NCBI GenBank assembly: GCA_902761365.1
Contig: CACWJZ010000011.1
Span: 6,210-70,209, forward strand
Length of the DNA: 64,000 nucleotides
Direction: 5' to 3'
DNA from: an uncultured Eubacteriales bacterium
GTDB lineage: Bacteria; Bacillota; Clostridia; Christensenellales; CAG-138
A program made the position numbers and the translations under genes. A model generated the notes under the pieces. That model saw only the letters and a list, made by a program, of their open reading frames with translations. It was not told the DNA's origin and made no database searches. Position 1 is the first letter of the stretch. The number at the start of each line of letters is the position of its first letter. Below are positions 36,491-47,142 of the stretch, piece after piece.

Positions 36491-36835
36491 ACACAAGGAC
36501 CGTATTTTTGTGGCGATTTGTAGACTCGCCGGGGGGGAAGCATGTTGCCCATGGCAGCCAGCAGACAGCGGCACCACAAAGAAACGGGCCCATGGGCGCC
36601 TGAAAAAAGCCGTTGCGACAGGCGCGAAACAGGAAGCCGAGACGAGCGGTGCGCGGCCATAGTCGCCCCGCCACCGGACGGCGGACACAGGGTGAAGGGC
36701 AGATCAAAGCGCTATTGGCCGCTCTGAGGGCCGAAGGCATGGCAAAAAAGGCGCAAAGGCCTGGAAATGTGAACATTTTGAAGACCACTTCTGACCATAC
36801 AGGGAGAGACGTTTCCCGAACAAAGGAGCGTACAG

Positions 36836-38974
36836 ATGGATAGGGAAGAGAGACAACAACCGGCAATTGGTCGGAACAAACCAAAACAGCATGGAGAGCG
36901 GTGGAAGGTGCTGTCGTACCTCATGGCGGTCTATGATTTCGCGGCCGTCGTATTCGCTTGGTTTGCCGCGTTGTGGGGGCGATACGACTTCAAATATTCC
37001 CAGATCCCCGAAGAGTATTTCCATGTATACCAGCAGTTCATCCTGCCCTATGCCGTGATCACGATCCTGCTGCTGGGGCTGTTCCGGCTGTATCGGAGCC
37101 TGTGGAAGTACGCCAGCGTGTCGGAGCTGGGGCGGCTGGTGGTAGTGTGCGCCATCTCCGCCGCGGTGCATGTGGCGGGGATCGCCTTCTTCTTCGGGAG
37201 CACCATCACCCATGGCCGCATGCCGCTCACCTACTACTACGTCGGTGCCCTCCTGCAGTTCCTCCTGTTGGCCGGAGTCCGGTTCGCCTATCGGCTGCTG
37301 CGGTACGAGGTGCGCCAGCATGTCCAGCAGAGCGAAGCCTTGGGCCGGGTCATGCTCATCGGCGCCGGCGATGCAGGGCAGATGATCCTACGGGACATGA
37401 ACGCGACGTACCGCCCTGAGGACCGGGTGGTCTGCGTTATCGACGACGACCCCAACAAGTGGGGCCGTGACTTGGAGGGCATCCCCGTGGTGGGCGGCCG
37501 GGACGACATCCTGGTCAACGTGAAGAAGTTCAGCGTCAACAAGATCTACCTGGCCATCCCCAGCGCCTCCGCCGTGGAGAAGCGGGACATTCTGGACATC
37601 TGCAGCCAGACGGACTGCGAGCTCAAGCAGCTGCCCGGCATGTACCAGTTCCTGTCGGGCCAGATCACCGTGGCCGCCATGAAGGAGGTGTCCGTGGAGG
37701 ACCTGCTGGGCCGGGAGCCCATCCGGGCGGACATGCGGGAGGTCTTCAACTTCATCCACGGCAAGCGGGTGCTGGTCACCGGCGGCGGCGGCTCCATCGG
37801 CAGCGAGCTCTGCCGGCAGATCGCGGCTCACGACCCTGAGGAGCTCATCATCTTCGACATCTACGAGAACAACGCCTACGATATTCAGCTGGAGCTCAAG
37901 AACAACTATCCCAACCTGAAGCTGATCACCCTCATCGGCTCCGTCCGGGACAGCCGCCGCATCTTCCAGGTGTTCCACACATACCGCCCCCAGATCGTTT
38001 ACCACGCGGCCGCCCACAAGCACGTGCCCCTCATGGAGGACAGCCCCTGCGAGGCCGTGAAGAACAACGTGATCGGCACCTACAAGACCGCCTATGCGGC
38101 CATGGTCCATGGCTGTGAGCGGTTCGTGCTCATCTCCACGGACAAGGCCGTGAACCCCACCAACGTGATGGGCACCACCAAGCGGCTCTGCGAGATGATC
38201 ATCCAGTGCTTCAACACCAAGATCAAGGAGGGCAAGGCCGCGGAGCTCCCGCAGCTCTTCACCCATATGGGTTTTGAGAACGCGGATAAGGACGGCACCG
38301 GCCGGGTGTTTCAGAATATCCAGACGGAGTTCGTGGCGGTCCGCTTCGGCAACGTCCTGGGCAGCAACGGCTCCGTGATCGGCGTCTTCAAGAAGCAGAT
38401 CGCCAGGGGCGGCCCCGTGACCGTGACCCATCCGGACGTGATCCGGTACTTCATGACCATTCCTGAGGCGGTGAGCCTGGTGATGTTGGCCGGGACCTAT
38501 GCCCACGGCGGCGAGATCTTCGTGCTGGACATGGGCCGGCCCGTGAAGATCGACACCCTGGCCCGAAACCTGATCAAGCTGGCCGGCTTCACCCCCGGCG
38601 TGGACATCAAGATCGCCTACACCGGCCTCAGGCCCGGGGAGAAGCTGTATGAGGAGAAGCTCATGGCCGAGGAGGGCATGCGCAAGACGGAGAACGATCT
38701 CATCCACATCGGCAAGCCCATCCCCCTGGACTACGACCGGTTCCTCGTTGAGCTGCAAGCGCTGATGGACGCGGCTTACCACAACCGGAGCGACATCCGC
38801 GAGCGCCTGATGCAGATGGTCCCAACCTACCATCCCGTCGATATCAAGCCTTCCGCCTCCGTGGAGACCCCGCCTATCGCTGCCGACATATCTGACGCTA
38901 CGGAGGCACACTTCGCCGCCGACGAGATCCCTTCCCCTGCGCCCGCCGAGGCACCGCAGAAGGCCGCCGGTTGA
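36836..38974 (+). CDS. capD: Membrane-anchored CapD/PglF/WbpM-type UDP-sugar 4,6-dehydratase
   Basis: Four N-terminal TM segments. Motifs LIGAGDAG, VLVTGGGGSIGSEL, STDKAVNPTNVMGTTKR, RFGNVLGS. Confidence 0.85.
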   Translation: MDREERQQPAIGRNKPKQHGERWKVLSYLMAVYDFAAVVFAWFAALWGRYDFKYSQIPEEYFHVYQQFILPYAVITILLLGLFRLYRSLWKYASVSELGRLVVVCAISAAVHVAGIAFFFGSTITHGRMPLTYYYVGALLQFLLLAGVRFAYRLLRYEVRQHVQQSEALGRVMLIGAGDAGQMILRDMNATYRPEDRVVCVIDDDPNKWGRDLEGIPVVGGRDDILVNVKKFSVNKIYLAIPSASAVEKRDILDICSQTDCELKQLPGMYQFLSGQITVAAMKEVSVEDLLGREPIRADMREVFNFIHGKRVLVTGGGGSIGSELCRQIAAHDPEELIIFDIYENNAYDIQLELKNNYPNLKLITLIGSVRDSRRIFQVFHTYRPQIVYHAAAHKHVPLMEDSPCEAVKNNVIGTYKTAYAAMVHGCERFVLISTDKAVNPTNVMGTTKRLCEMIIQCFNTKIKEGKAAELPQLFTHMGFENADKDGTGRVFQNIQTEFVAVRFGNVLGSNGSVIGVFKKQIARGGPVTVTHPDVIRYFMTIPEAVSLVMLAGTYAHGGEIFVLDMGRPVKIDTLARNLIKLAGFTPGVDIKIAYTGLRPGEKLYEEKLMAEEGMRKTENDLIHIGKPIPLDYDRFLVELQALMDAAYHNRSDIRERLMQMVPTYHPVDIKPSASVETPPIAADISDATEAHFAADEIPSPAPAEAPQKAAG

Positions 38975-39092
38975 TCGCAAAGTACATGAATGCAAGCCCC
39001 TTTTGCGAGGGCTTACATTTTAGCATATTTAGCATGCAATAGGTGATTGTTTGATAGATTAGATTACGATACCGATAGGGGGATCATTTGCT

Positions 39093-40436
39093 ATGGATGA
39101 AATGAACGTACAACGGCACATTCCTTTCAGCCCACCGGATATTTCCGAGCAAGAGATTGCAGAGGTCTGTGCAGCGCTTCGTAGCGGTTGGATCACCACT
39201 GGCCCGCGGACGAAGCTTCTGGAAAAGCGCCTTGCGGTTTATATTGAAACGGGCAAAACAGATATCGACTGCGAAAGCGCAGAAATCGCTGAACGATACA
39301 GCAACCGTGTGGTTTGCCTCAATTCAGCGACAGCTGCGGAGGAGTTGAATCTTCGCATCCTCGGTGTCCGTCCTGGGGACGAGGTGATCGTGCCTGCGTA
39401 CACGTATTCAGCAACGGCATCTTCGGTCATTCATTGTGGTGCGACGGTCAAGTTCGTCGATATCCAGAAGAATGGCGATCCGGTCACCCATATGCCGGAG
39501 ATGGATTACGATGCTCTTGAAGCGGCGATTACGGAGAAAACGAAAGCGATCGTCCCCGTCGATCTTGGAGGGATCGTTTGTGACTATGATCGAATTTTCC
39601 AGATCGTAGAACGCAAAAGAAATCTGTTTACACCCATGGAAAGTGATGGGACTCCCCTGCATGATCTGTCTTCCCGCATTCAGAAAGCAATAGGCCGCGT
39701 AGCGGTTGTGTGTGATGCGGCTCATGCATTGGGCGCTGATCGGGTAGTATCCGGCGAAAGAAAGCATGTGGGAGCTATTGCGGATTTCACATCATTCTCA
39801 TTTCATGCGGTGAAAAACTTCACTACGGCGGAAGGTGGCGCTTCGACTTGGCTGCCGCTGAAGGGGATCGATAATAGCGAGACATATAAGATGTACCAGC
39901 TGTTATCTCTTCATGGACAAAACAAGGATGCTCTTGCTAAAACCAAGATAGGGGCATGGGAGTACGACATCATTGGGCCATGGTACAAGTGCAACATGAC
40001 CGACATCATGGCGGCGATCGGCCTCAGACAGCTGGACCGGTATCGTGGATTGTTGAAGAGAAGAGAGGAGATTATGAAGGCCTATGATGCAACCTGCGAC
40101 GCCCTTGGGATCAGCCACATGATCCACCACGTGCCTGGCATGGATAGTTCCAACCATCTTTATCTAATCCGAGTGCCCGGGGTTGATGTGGAGGAAAGGA
40201 ACAGTATTATTGAACGCATGGCTGAACATGGCGTTTCTACAAATGTCCATTTTAAGCCCTTGCCGATGATGACGGCGTACAAGGCGCTGGGATGGGATAT
40301 TCAGGACTTCCCGAACACATACGACTATTACCATAATCTGATAACGCTTCCACTCCATACGCTGCTCACAGATGATGACGTGGAATATGTGTGTGAGACA
40401 TTGAAATTCGTAGTGAAGGAACTGAAGGTATGCTAA
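39093..40436 (+). CDS. DegT/DnrJ/EryC1/StrS-family sugar aminotransferase (PglE-like)
   Basis: ITTGPRT..., CLNSATAAEEL, PLP-lysine context SFHAVKNFTTAEGG. Confidence 0.8.
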   Translation: MDEMNVQRHIPFSPPDISEQEIAEVCAALRSGWITTGPRTKLLEKRLAVYIETGKTDIDCESAEIAERYSNRVVCLNSATAAEELNLRILGVRPGDEVIVPAYTYSATASSVIHCGATVKFVDIQKNGDPVTHMPEMDYDALEAAITEKTKAIVPVDLGGIVCDYDRIFQIVERKRNLFTPMESDGTPLHDLSSRIQKAIGRVAVVCDAAHALGADRVVSGERKHVGAIADFTSFSFHAVKNFTTAEGGASTWLPLKGIDNSETYKMYQLLSLHGQNKDALAKTKIGAWEYDIIGPWYKCNMTDIMAAIGLRQLDRYRGLLKRREEIMKAYDATCDALGISHMIHHVPGMDSSNHLYLIRVPGVDVEERNSIIERMAEHGVSTNVHFKPLPMMTAYKALGWDIQDFPNTYDYYHNLITLPLHTLLTDDDVEYVCETLKFVVKELKVC

Positions 40437-41125
40437 AACGATGGGGGGATCTTCCGGACTTTATGAGGACCCCTGAGGTCCGGCCTTACTGGGAGATTCT
40501 GAACAAGAAGCGTGGGCAGTTGGCGTTGAAGAGAACGTTCGATTTGGTGGTGGCCGTCATCCTTCTCATCATTTTGGCAATCCCAATGGCCGTGATTGCA
40601 GTTTTGATTAAGAGGGACTCTGAAGGTCCGGTGTTCTACCGCCAGGAACGTGTGACAACGTACGGGAAGCATTTTCGCATTCATAAGTTTCGCACGATGG
40701 TCTCCAATGCCGATAAGATCGGGACAACCGTCACGGTGGGAAATGACAGCAGGATCACAAAGATAGGCGCTCGTCTACGCGGACACCGTTTGGACGAGCT
40801 TCCCCAAGTCTTGGACGTGATCGTGGGAGACATGAGCTTCGTAGGAACAAGGCCGGAGGCCGTCAAATATGTGGAACGATATAAGCCGGAGTTCAATGCC
40901 ACATTGCTGATGCCAGCAGGGATCACGAGTGAAGCATCCATTCGTTATAAAGATGAAGATAAACTGTTGAATTCTGCGGATGACGTTGATAAGGTGTATA
41001 TCGATCAAGTCCTTCCAGCAAAAATGAAGTGGAATCTGGAGAGCATAAGAAGATTCAGATTCTTACGAGAGATATTGACCATGTTCAGAACTGTGTTTGC
41101 GGTGCTGGGGAAGGATTATGAGTGA
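40430..41125 (+). CDS. Small initiating phosphoglycosyl transferase (PglC/EpsL-type sugar transferase)
   Basis: One TM segment, then FYRQERVT..GKHFRIHKFRTM, DELPQVLDV..GDMSFVGTRPE, PAGITS. Confidence 0.8.
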   Translation: MLKRWGDLPDFMRTPEVRPYWEILNKKRGQLALKRTFDLVVAVILLIILAIPMAVIAVLIKRDSEGPVFYRQERVTTYGKHFRIHKFRTMVSNADKIGTTVTVGNDSRITKIGARLRGHRLDELPQVLDVIVGDMSFVGTRPEAVKYVERYKPEFNATLLMPAGITSEASIRYKDEDKLLNSADDVDKVYIDQVLPAKMKWNLESIRRFRFLREILTMFRTVFAVLGKDYE

Positions 41126-41164
41126 TCGAAACGCTGGATAATTATTTCCAAAGAGGGTGCAGGA

Positions 41165-42166
41165 ATGAGCGATATGATCGAAACGGTTACATTTGGCGTG
41201 ATCGCCTATAACGAACATCGATATCTGCCGGAATTGCTGGATGACTTGATGCAACAGACATATAACAAGAAGCTGATCGAAGTCATCTTGGTTGACGGAG
41301 AGTCGACTGACGATACCTGGCAGATCATGTTGGACTTTCGGGATAAGCACAAAGACGAGTTCAGAGATGTCAAGACGCTGAAAAATACAAAACGGGTCCA
41401 GCCGGCCGGCTGGAACATGGTCATTAAAAAATCGACAACGGATGTTTTGCTTCGTATAGATGCTCATGCAAGATTGCCGAAAGACTTTATCGAGAAAAAC
41501 ATGGACCGCATCAATTCGGGCGAGTGTGTATGCGGCGGCCCGCGTGAAAACATAATTGATGAGGACACACCCTGGAAACAGATGCTGTTGATGGCGGAGC
41601 AGTCCATGTTCGGATCCGGATTTGCGTCGTATAGACAGGAAACTGTGGAAAAAAAGGATGTAAAATCACTGTTTCACGGCGCCTATAGAAAAGAAGTGCT
41701 CGAAAAAGTCGGCTTGTTCAATGAGGGCTTAAGTCGCACCGAGGATAACGAGTATCATTATAGGGTCCGTAAAGCAGGATACAGGATTTGCTACGATCCG
41801 GCGATTCACTCATACTATCAGACGCGAAGCAGTCTGAAAGGAATGCTGCAGCAGAAATATCTGAACGGCATGTGGATTGGAAAAACACTTTTCATCTGCC
41901 CAGGGTGTCTGTCGTTGTTCCATTTGGTTCCTTTTGCGTTTGTGATCGCAATACTGTTGACCACTATTATGGGGATACTGGGCCTTGTTTGGCCGGCGGT
42001 GGCCCTCTGGATCGCATATGGAGCGGCAAATCTGGGGATGACAGCGATGTCGATCATCGGCGGCAAGCAAAGAAGTTTGGCGCTGATTGCTTTGCCGGCC
42101 GTTTTTCTTGGACTTCACGTTGCTTACGGGGTAGGCACCTTGATCGGAATCTTACACAGGCAATAA
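41165..42166 (+). CDS. GT2-family glycosyltransferase with C-terminal TM segments
   Basis: FGVIAYNEHRYLPELLDDLMQQTY..IEVILVDGESTDDT; RTEDNEYHYR. Confidence 0.75.
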   Translation: MSDMIETVTFGVIAYNEHRYLPELLDDLMQQTYNKKLIEVILVDGESTDDTWQIMLDFRDKHKDEFRDVKTLKNTKRVQPAGWNMVIKKSTTDVLLRIDAHARLPKDFIEKNMDRINSGECVCGGPRENIIDEDTPWKQMLLMAEQSMFGSGFASYRQETVEKKDVKSLFHGAYRKEVLEKVGLFNEGLSRTEDNEYHYRVRKAGYRICYDPAIHSYYQTRSSLKGMLQQKYLNGMWIGKTLFICPGCLSLFHLVPFAFVIAILLTTIMGILGLVWPAVALWIAYGAANLGMTAMSIIGGKQRSLALIALPAVFLGLHVAYGVGTLIGILHRQ

Positions 42167-42167
42167 T

Positions 42168-42480
42168 ATGCAGGATTGAGTTCCCATCATCATTCCAGTT
42201 TAAAACAGAAAGATATTCCCCTCAGATGCTTAAGCTTTATTCGGCGAAAGATCATACAAATATAGAAATCATCCTGGTGGATGATAGCTCACCAAAAAAG
42301 TGGAGAACTATTCGGCGAATTGGCCAAATCAGATGAGTAGACTTGCATGATTCATAAGGCCAACGGCGGCTTGTCCAGTGTGAGAAGCGCAGGTATAAAC
42401 GTTGCAAACTGGGGATTTATCTACTTCGTAGGCTCAAACGACTATATTGAGGAGGACCTCGTTGCAATAACTGTTTGCGT
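42168..42480 (+). pseudogene. Degraded GT2 glycosyltransferase remnant
   Basis: GT2 N-terminal motifs appear in shifted frames and are interrupted by stops: MQD*VPIIIPV*N..., then NIEIILVDDSSPKK, then IHKANGGLSSVRSAGINVA...IYFVGSNDYIEED. Confidence 0.7.
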
Positions 42481-42654
42481 ATAGAATGCTGTTCAACCAA
42501 TAATATAACTGCGGGAGGGTACATTTCATTGTGATGGGAAATGCAAACTTTGGGATACTAGAAAAACACATAGGCGGTAGGATAACAGTTGTTCATGTTC
42601 CTGTTGCCAAGCAGAAATGTTATTTTCGCGTATTGAGAGCATTAAGGTGATAGA

Positions 42655-43512
42655 ATGAGTGCATTTGATATAGAACAAATAAAAGCTGTTCAGGCAATTG
42701 ACCTGAGGATGGCCAAACACTTTGTACAATTCTGTGAAGATAATAAACTTTTGTGCTATTTTTGCGGTGGCGGATGCATAGGGGCAGTTAGACATAAAGG
42801 CTTTATTCCTTGGGATGATGATTTGGATTTTTTTATGCCAAGAGAGGATTATGAAAAACTAAAAAAGCTGTGGAAAGATACGGATGATTATGCGCTTCTG
42901 TATCCAACTGAAAAGTATAATGACCATAACATGTTTATCACGCTTAGAGATAAGCATACTACAATGATAAAACCGTATCAGCAGGAAATAGATACCATTC
43001 ATGGAATCTCGATTGATGTTTTCCCTCTGGATGGATACCCAGAGAAAACGATAGAACGGTTCATTCAAATATTTTGGGCGTTGATCTATCAACTTTTTTG
43101 CGCACAACTTGTTCCAGAGAATCACAGCGGTTTTACAAGCTTCCTCGCGAGATTAGGACTTTCTGTCATCAGAAGCCCGAAATCAAGGTATAGAATATGG
43201 AAAACCGCAGAGAAATACATGACAAAACATAGGATTGCCGACTGTGAATCTATCACGGAAATCTGTGCCGGGCCGCACTATATGAAGAATCGGTATCCAA
43301 AAGAGTGCTTCTCAGAAGCAGTTTATATGGATTTTGAAGACACAAAGATGCCTATCCCGGTCGGTTATGATACATATTTGAAGATTGCTTTTGGGGATTA
43401 CATGCAACCACCTCCGGAAGAAAAAAGAATGCCGCAGCATGACGCGATTATGATAGATCCATGCAATGGCTATTCCAATTACAAAGGGAAGTATTACTGT
43501 ACGAAACGATAG
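42655..43512 (+). CDS. licD: LicD-family phosphotransferase
   Basis: YFCGGGCIGAVRHKGFIPWDDDLDFFMPREDY, ...ISIDVFPLD. Confidence 0.8.
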   Translation: MSAFDIEQIKAVQAIDLRMAKHFVQFCEDNKLLCYFCGGGCIGAVRHKGFIPWDDDLDFFMPREDYEKLKKLWKDTDDYALLYPTEKYNDHNMFITLRDKHTTMIKPYQQEIDTIHGISIDVFPLDGYPEKTIERFIQIFWALIYQLFCAQLVPENHSGFTSFLARLGLSVIRSPKSRYRIWKTAEKYMTKHRIADCESITEICAGPHYMKNRYPKECFSEAVYMDFEDTKMPIPVGYDTYLKIAFGDYMQPPPEEKRMPQHDAIMIDPCNGYSNYKGKYYCTKR

Positions 43513-44399
43513 AGACGGTGTTGAAAAAGAAGCATGCATATTTAATCCTGGCACACAAAGACGATTTAACATTTCATACTCTGCTAAAAATGCTTGATTA
43601 TGAAAACAATGATGTTTTTGTTCATTTTGATGCCAAAAAAAAGACGTTTGACGAAAAGAAGATATCTGAACTGCAAAGACAAATGATTAGTGGGAGGCTT
43701 TATTTCACAAAACGTGTAAGCGTTAATTGGGGAGGGTATTCTCTGATTAGAGCAGAGCTTATTCTACTAAAAACAGCATTAGCCCATGGATCATATGATT
43801 ATTATCATTTGCTTTCCGGTGAGGATCTACCGATCCAGACACATGAAGATATCGATTCCTTTTTTTCCAATCATTATGGTGAACAATTCCTCCAGATAGG
43901 ACCTCTTCTGCAAAGCAATGGTTTTCATGATTTAGATAGAGTTCGCTATTACCATTTTTTTCAGGAACAAACGGGAAAATATGAAGGTAATATCCCAACG
44001 AGAGCAGCATATAAGATTTCATTGGCGATTCAAAAAGCTTTTAGAGTGAGACGTAATAAAAGAACGGATTTTCTGAGAGGTTCTCAGTGGTTCAGCATTA
44101 CGCATGAACTTGCTAAATATGTCGTTTCTCAGGAGAGCATAATAGAAAGACTTTTCAAATGGACGTTTTGTGCCGACGAGTTGTTTTTGCAGACAATTAT
44201 TCATGGAACGATATATGAAAAGCAGGTTTCAAGTTTGAAGTCGATGAGGCTGATTGATTGGGCAAGAGGAAAACCATATGTTTACCGTATCACTGATCTT
44301 GAGGAAATAAAGGAAAGTCAGGAATTATTTGCAAGGAAGTTTGATTGCCGTGTGGATAATGGAATAATAGGCGTAATTGAGAAACTGTATCGTTGCTAG
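43461..44399 (+). CDS. GT14 (core-2/I-branching enzyme-like) glycosyltransferase
   Basis: AYLILAHKDD...VFVHFDAKK, WGGYSLIRAEL, YYHLLSGEDLP, GSQWFSITHELAKYV. The start is uncertain (ATG 43461 overlaps licD; GTG 43518 is an alternative). Confidence 0.7.
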   Translation: MQWLFQLQREVLLYETIETVLKKKHAYLILAHKDDLTFHTLLKMLDYENNDVFVHFDAKKKTFDEKKISELQRQMISGRLYFTKRVSVNWGGYSLIRAELILLKTALAHGSYDYYHLLSGEDLPIQTHEDIDSFFSNHYGEQFLQIGPLLQSNGFHDLDRVRYYHFFQEQTGKYEGNIPTRAAYKISLAIQKAFRVRRNKRTDFLRGSQWFSITHELAKYVVSQESIIERLFKWTFCADELFLQTIIHGTIYEKQVSSLKSMRLIDWARGKPYVYRITDLEEIKESQELFARKFDCRVDNGIIGVIEKLYRC

Positions 44400-44676
44400 G
44401 GGTTGCAGAAGGATTATAGAGGATGGATTAGATACAGATTTGCACGCCCTCGGGGTTATTACCGAAGAGTATAACGGTTATTTCACATACACTATTGCGT
44501 AAAAAGCTCTCAACAATGATAAGCCGAGTTAGATTGATTCTCAGTTGCTCATGGCACGGTCACATCCAAAGGAAACCAAATATCGAATCATGACGCTTAT
44601 GATGGTTTCGCTATTATTTTACCAAAAGACAAAGGGAAGCATTCTTGTATGTAGCGATTGGAGAGGAATATCTTAA

Positions 44677-46005
44677 ATGTTATTTAAACTGGGCAAGTAT
44701 GATTTAAAACTTTGGTTCATTATAGTTGTTGCTTTGTATACGCACACAATCATGTTCAAGCAACTTCGAATCGTAACCTACGTTTATGCATATGGTGTGC
44801 CTTTAGCATATTTATTTGTTCATATAAATCAAGTGTTTTATGAGCTTGACAAGCTTCTAAAGGGGCGCTTTGTGTTTTTTAGCGCATTCGCTTTTTTCGT
44901 TCTTTTTGGTACCGTGCTCGCGCCACTGGTAAATGCCAGTAATGATTTCACCTTTATTTTTCATGGTCCCGTAAAGAGAATGTTTTTTTCTCTGTTGATG
45001 AATCTGTTTTTGCTCCTTTTATACAAAAATGCAGTAACTAAAGAAGTTGATGTCATTGAGTATATTCTGTATATTGTTTTTGCAAATGTTTTCTATGTTT
45101 TGGGTACGGTTTTGATTTGTGCAGCACCTAGTATTCATGATTTTATCTTGAATAACATCTATATGGATGAGATCGCACAAAATGCAGCAAGCAAGTCTTT
45201 TTACTATACCAGAATCGGTTGGAGCGGTTATTCAAGCTTTGTACCATCGTTTTATTGCAGCATATCAATTGCTTTGTGTGTCGTGTTTGCATTAGCTTCT
45301 TCTGGCGAAAAAGTGTTTAATATATCAAATATACTGTTTTTATGCATGATGGTTGGATGCTTTTGTTATGCAAGAACGGGAATTATCTCATCTGTTATTT
45401 GTATAGCTCTGTATCTAGCATTTCTTATAAAGAGGGGTGATATAAAGGTCCTTTCTTACCCTGTGCTGCTTGTTTTGATCGTTGTTATATTTGGGATCCT
45501 TGTTGAGAGCAATGATATCATCAAAAATTGGTACCAATGGGGGTTTGCGCAGGTAATCAGTTATAAAGAGACTGGATCATTTGAGACCGAGACCATTTCT
45601 TCTCTCCTAAACATGTATAAAACCATGCCGGAAGGAGTGACGTGGTTGATTGGTGATGGACGTTATACATCTGATACTGGGTTTTATTATAAAAGCGTGG
45701 ATGTGGGCTGGTTGAGAACTGTGTTTTATTATGGAGTTTTTTTTAGCTTGTGCCAATACGGTGCGCTTATTTCCTTGATAAGGGGGTTTACTGTCAATCT
45801 GCGGTTTAGGATTGGAAGACAAGGGGAGCGTCTCCTTCGTCTTATGATGTTGGCTGTGTTTCTGGTTTTTGAATCCAAGGGGGAAATCTGGTACGTAATG
45901 ATTACATTTTTGCTTCCTTTGCTGCTGCTACAGGAAGATGAAAAGGAAGCACGTTTTTCGTTAGCTCATATAGGAAAAATCCCTTTTATGTATGGAGGCA
46001 CATAA
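44677..46005 (+). CDS. wzy: Polytopic membrane protein, probable Wzy-type repeat-unit polymerase
   Basis: 442 aa with about 10 or more hydrophobic segments and one larger loop. Very low G+C. Its position in a Wzx-containing locus supports the call; there was no motif-level match. Confidence 0.5.
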   Translation: MLFKLGKYDLKLWFIIVVALYTHTIMFKQLRIVTYVYAYGVPLAYLFVHINQVFYELDKLLKGRFVFFSAFAFFVLFGTVLAPLVNASNDFTFIFHGPVKRMFFSLLMNLFLLLLYKNAVTKEVDVIEYILYIVFANVFYVLGTVLICAAPSIHDFILNNIYMDEIAQNAASKSFYYTRIGWSGYSSFVPSFYCSISIALCVVFALASSGEKVFNISNILFLCMMVGCFCYARTGIISSVICIALYLAFLIKRGDIKVLSYPVLLVLIVVIFGILVESNDIIKNWYQWGFAQVISYKETGSFETETISSLLNMYKTMPEGVTWLIGDGRYTSDTGFYYKSVDVGWLRTVFYYGVFFSLCQYGALISLIRGFTVNLRFRIGRQGERLLRLMMLAVFLVFESKGEIWYVMITFLLPLLLLQEDEKEARFSLAHIGKIPFMYGGT

Positions 46006-46006
46006 T

Positions 46007-47140
46007 ATGAGAAAACCAAATCATGAAGGGTGTACTATCGCTGTTTTGTTCTATGACTATTCAATCATCAGCGGTGGACACAGGGTGGCAACCAACGTGT
46101 TCAATGATGTATGTAATAAAGGTTTTCGCGTTATATTTTTAAGCGTATTTATGTCGCGAGATACGAAATTGTTTGCGCTTGATGAAAAGATAGATTTCTA
46201 TTATCTTAATATAGGCAGTGGGCATTTTTATAAATCAATCGCTAAGACAACACGAAGAATAAAAAGAATTATCGAAGATAATAATGTCGATTTAATCGTT
46301 GCTAATGGGTTTTCGGCTGATTTTCTTGCAGTTTTTGTTTCGCAAACGTTCAAGATTCCCATGATACATTGGGAGCATACCAGCCTTGAGAACAAGTTTT
46401 TTAATGATGGGTTAGTATCACGGATTTATAGATTCCTGGGCGCAAAATTTGCTGATAAAATAGTTGTTTTAACAGAAGGCAATCGGATTTCATTTATAAA
46501 ACATTATCATCTGAAGCCGGAAAAAATAGTTGTGGTACCAAACTGGGTTGAGAAAAAGGATGGAATAAAAAGATACAATGAAGACTCACATATCATTATA
46601 TCCATAGGACGAGCTGATCCTGTCAAGGGGTTTGATAGGCTGATAGAGATTGCAAGACTTGTACAGAATGAAGCTTGGCAGTGGCAGATTTGGGGAGATT
46701 TTGATAACACATACGGAAAAGAACTGGCAAAAATAATTTCATCTAAGGGTTTGTCAAATTTCGTGCGTCTTATGGGCGTAACAAATGCTGTTCAAGATGT
46801 TTATAGAAAGAGTTCCTTCCTTGTGTTGACCTCATATTATGAGGGGCTGCCGATGGTGTTGCTTGAAGCAAAGCAGAACGATGTTCCATTGATTTCTTTT
46901 GATATTAAAACGGGGCCAAACGAGATTATTACTGATGGCATAAATGGATACCTAGTTCAAGACCATGACATTGAGGGAATGGTGGAAAAAATCAAGGACT
47001 TGATGAACAATAAAGAGAAGAGAGTTTACTTTTCACAGAACAGTTATATCGGGCTGGAAAAATTCGACAAAGATACAATTCTTGAGCAGTGGATGAACAT
47101 GTTGAACGAATTGATAAAGCAAACAAGAAAGGAGACATAA
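46007..47140 (+). CDS. GT4-family (GT-B) glycosyltransferase
   Basis: GRADPVKGFDRLIE..., SYYEGLPMVLLEAKQNDVPLISFD. ATG lies 8 nt after GGAGG. Confidence 0.8.
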   Translation: MRKPNHEGCTIAVLFYDYSIISGGHRVATNVFNDVCNKGFRVIFLSVFMSRDTKLFALDEKIDFYYLNIGSGHFYKSIAKTTRRIKRIIEDNNVDLIVANGFSADFLAVFVSQTFKIPMIHWEHTSLENKFFNDGLVSRIYRFLGAKFADKIVVLTEGNRISFIKHYHLKPEKIVVVPNWVEKKDGIKRYNEDSHIIISIGRADPVKGFDRLIEIARLVQNEAWQWQIWGDFDNTYGKELAKIISSKGLSNFVRLMGVTNAVQDVYRKSSFLVLTSYYEGLPMVLLEAKQNDVPLISFDIKTGPNEIITDGINGYLVQDHDIEGMVEKIKDLMNNKEKRVYFSQNSYIGLEKFDKDTILEQWMNMLNELIKQTRKET

Positions 47141-47142
47141 GA

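Noticed and set aside
38975-39092. Prophage, ICE or IS boundaries (att repeats, integrase, tRNA) at the edges of the low-G+C island.
   Set aside because: The two junctions (38975-39092 and 60280-60363) share no direct repeats. No integrase, transposase or tRNA gene lies anywhere in the window. Homologous replacement within a conserved cps frame is the simpler explanation.
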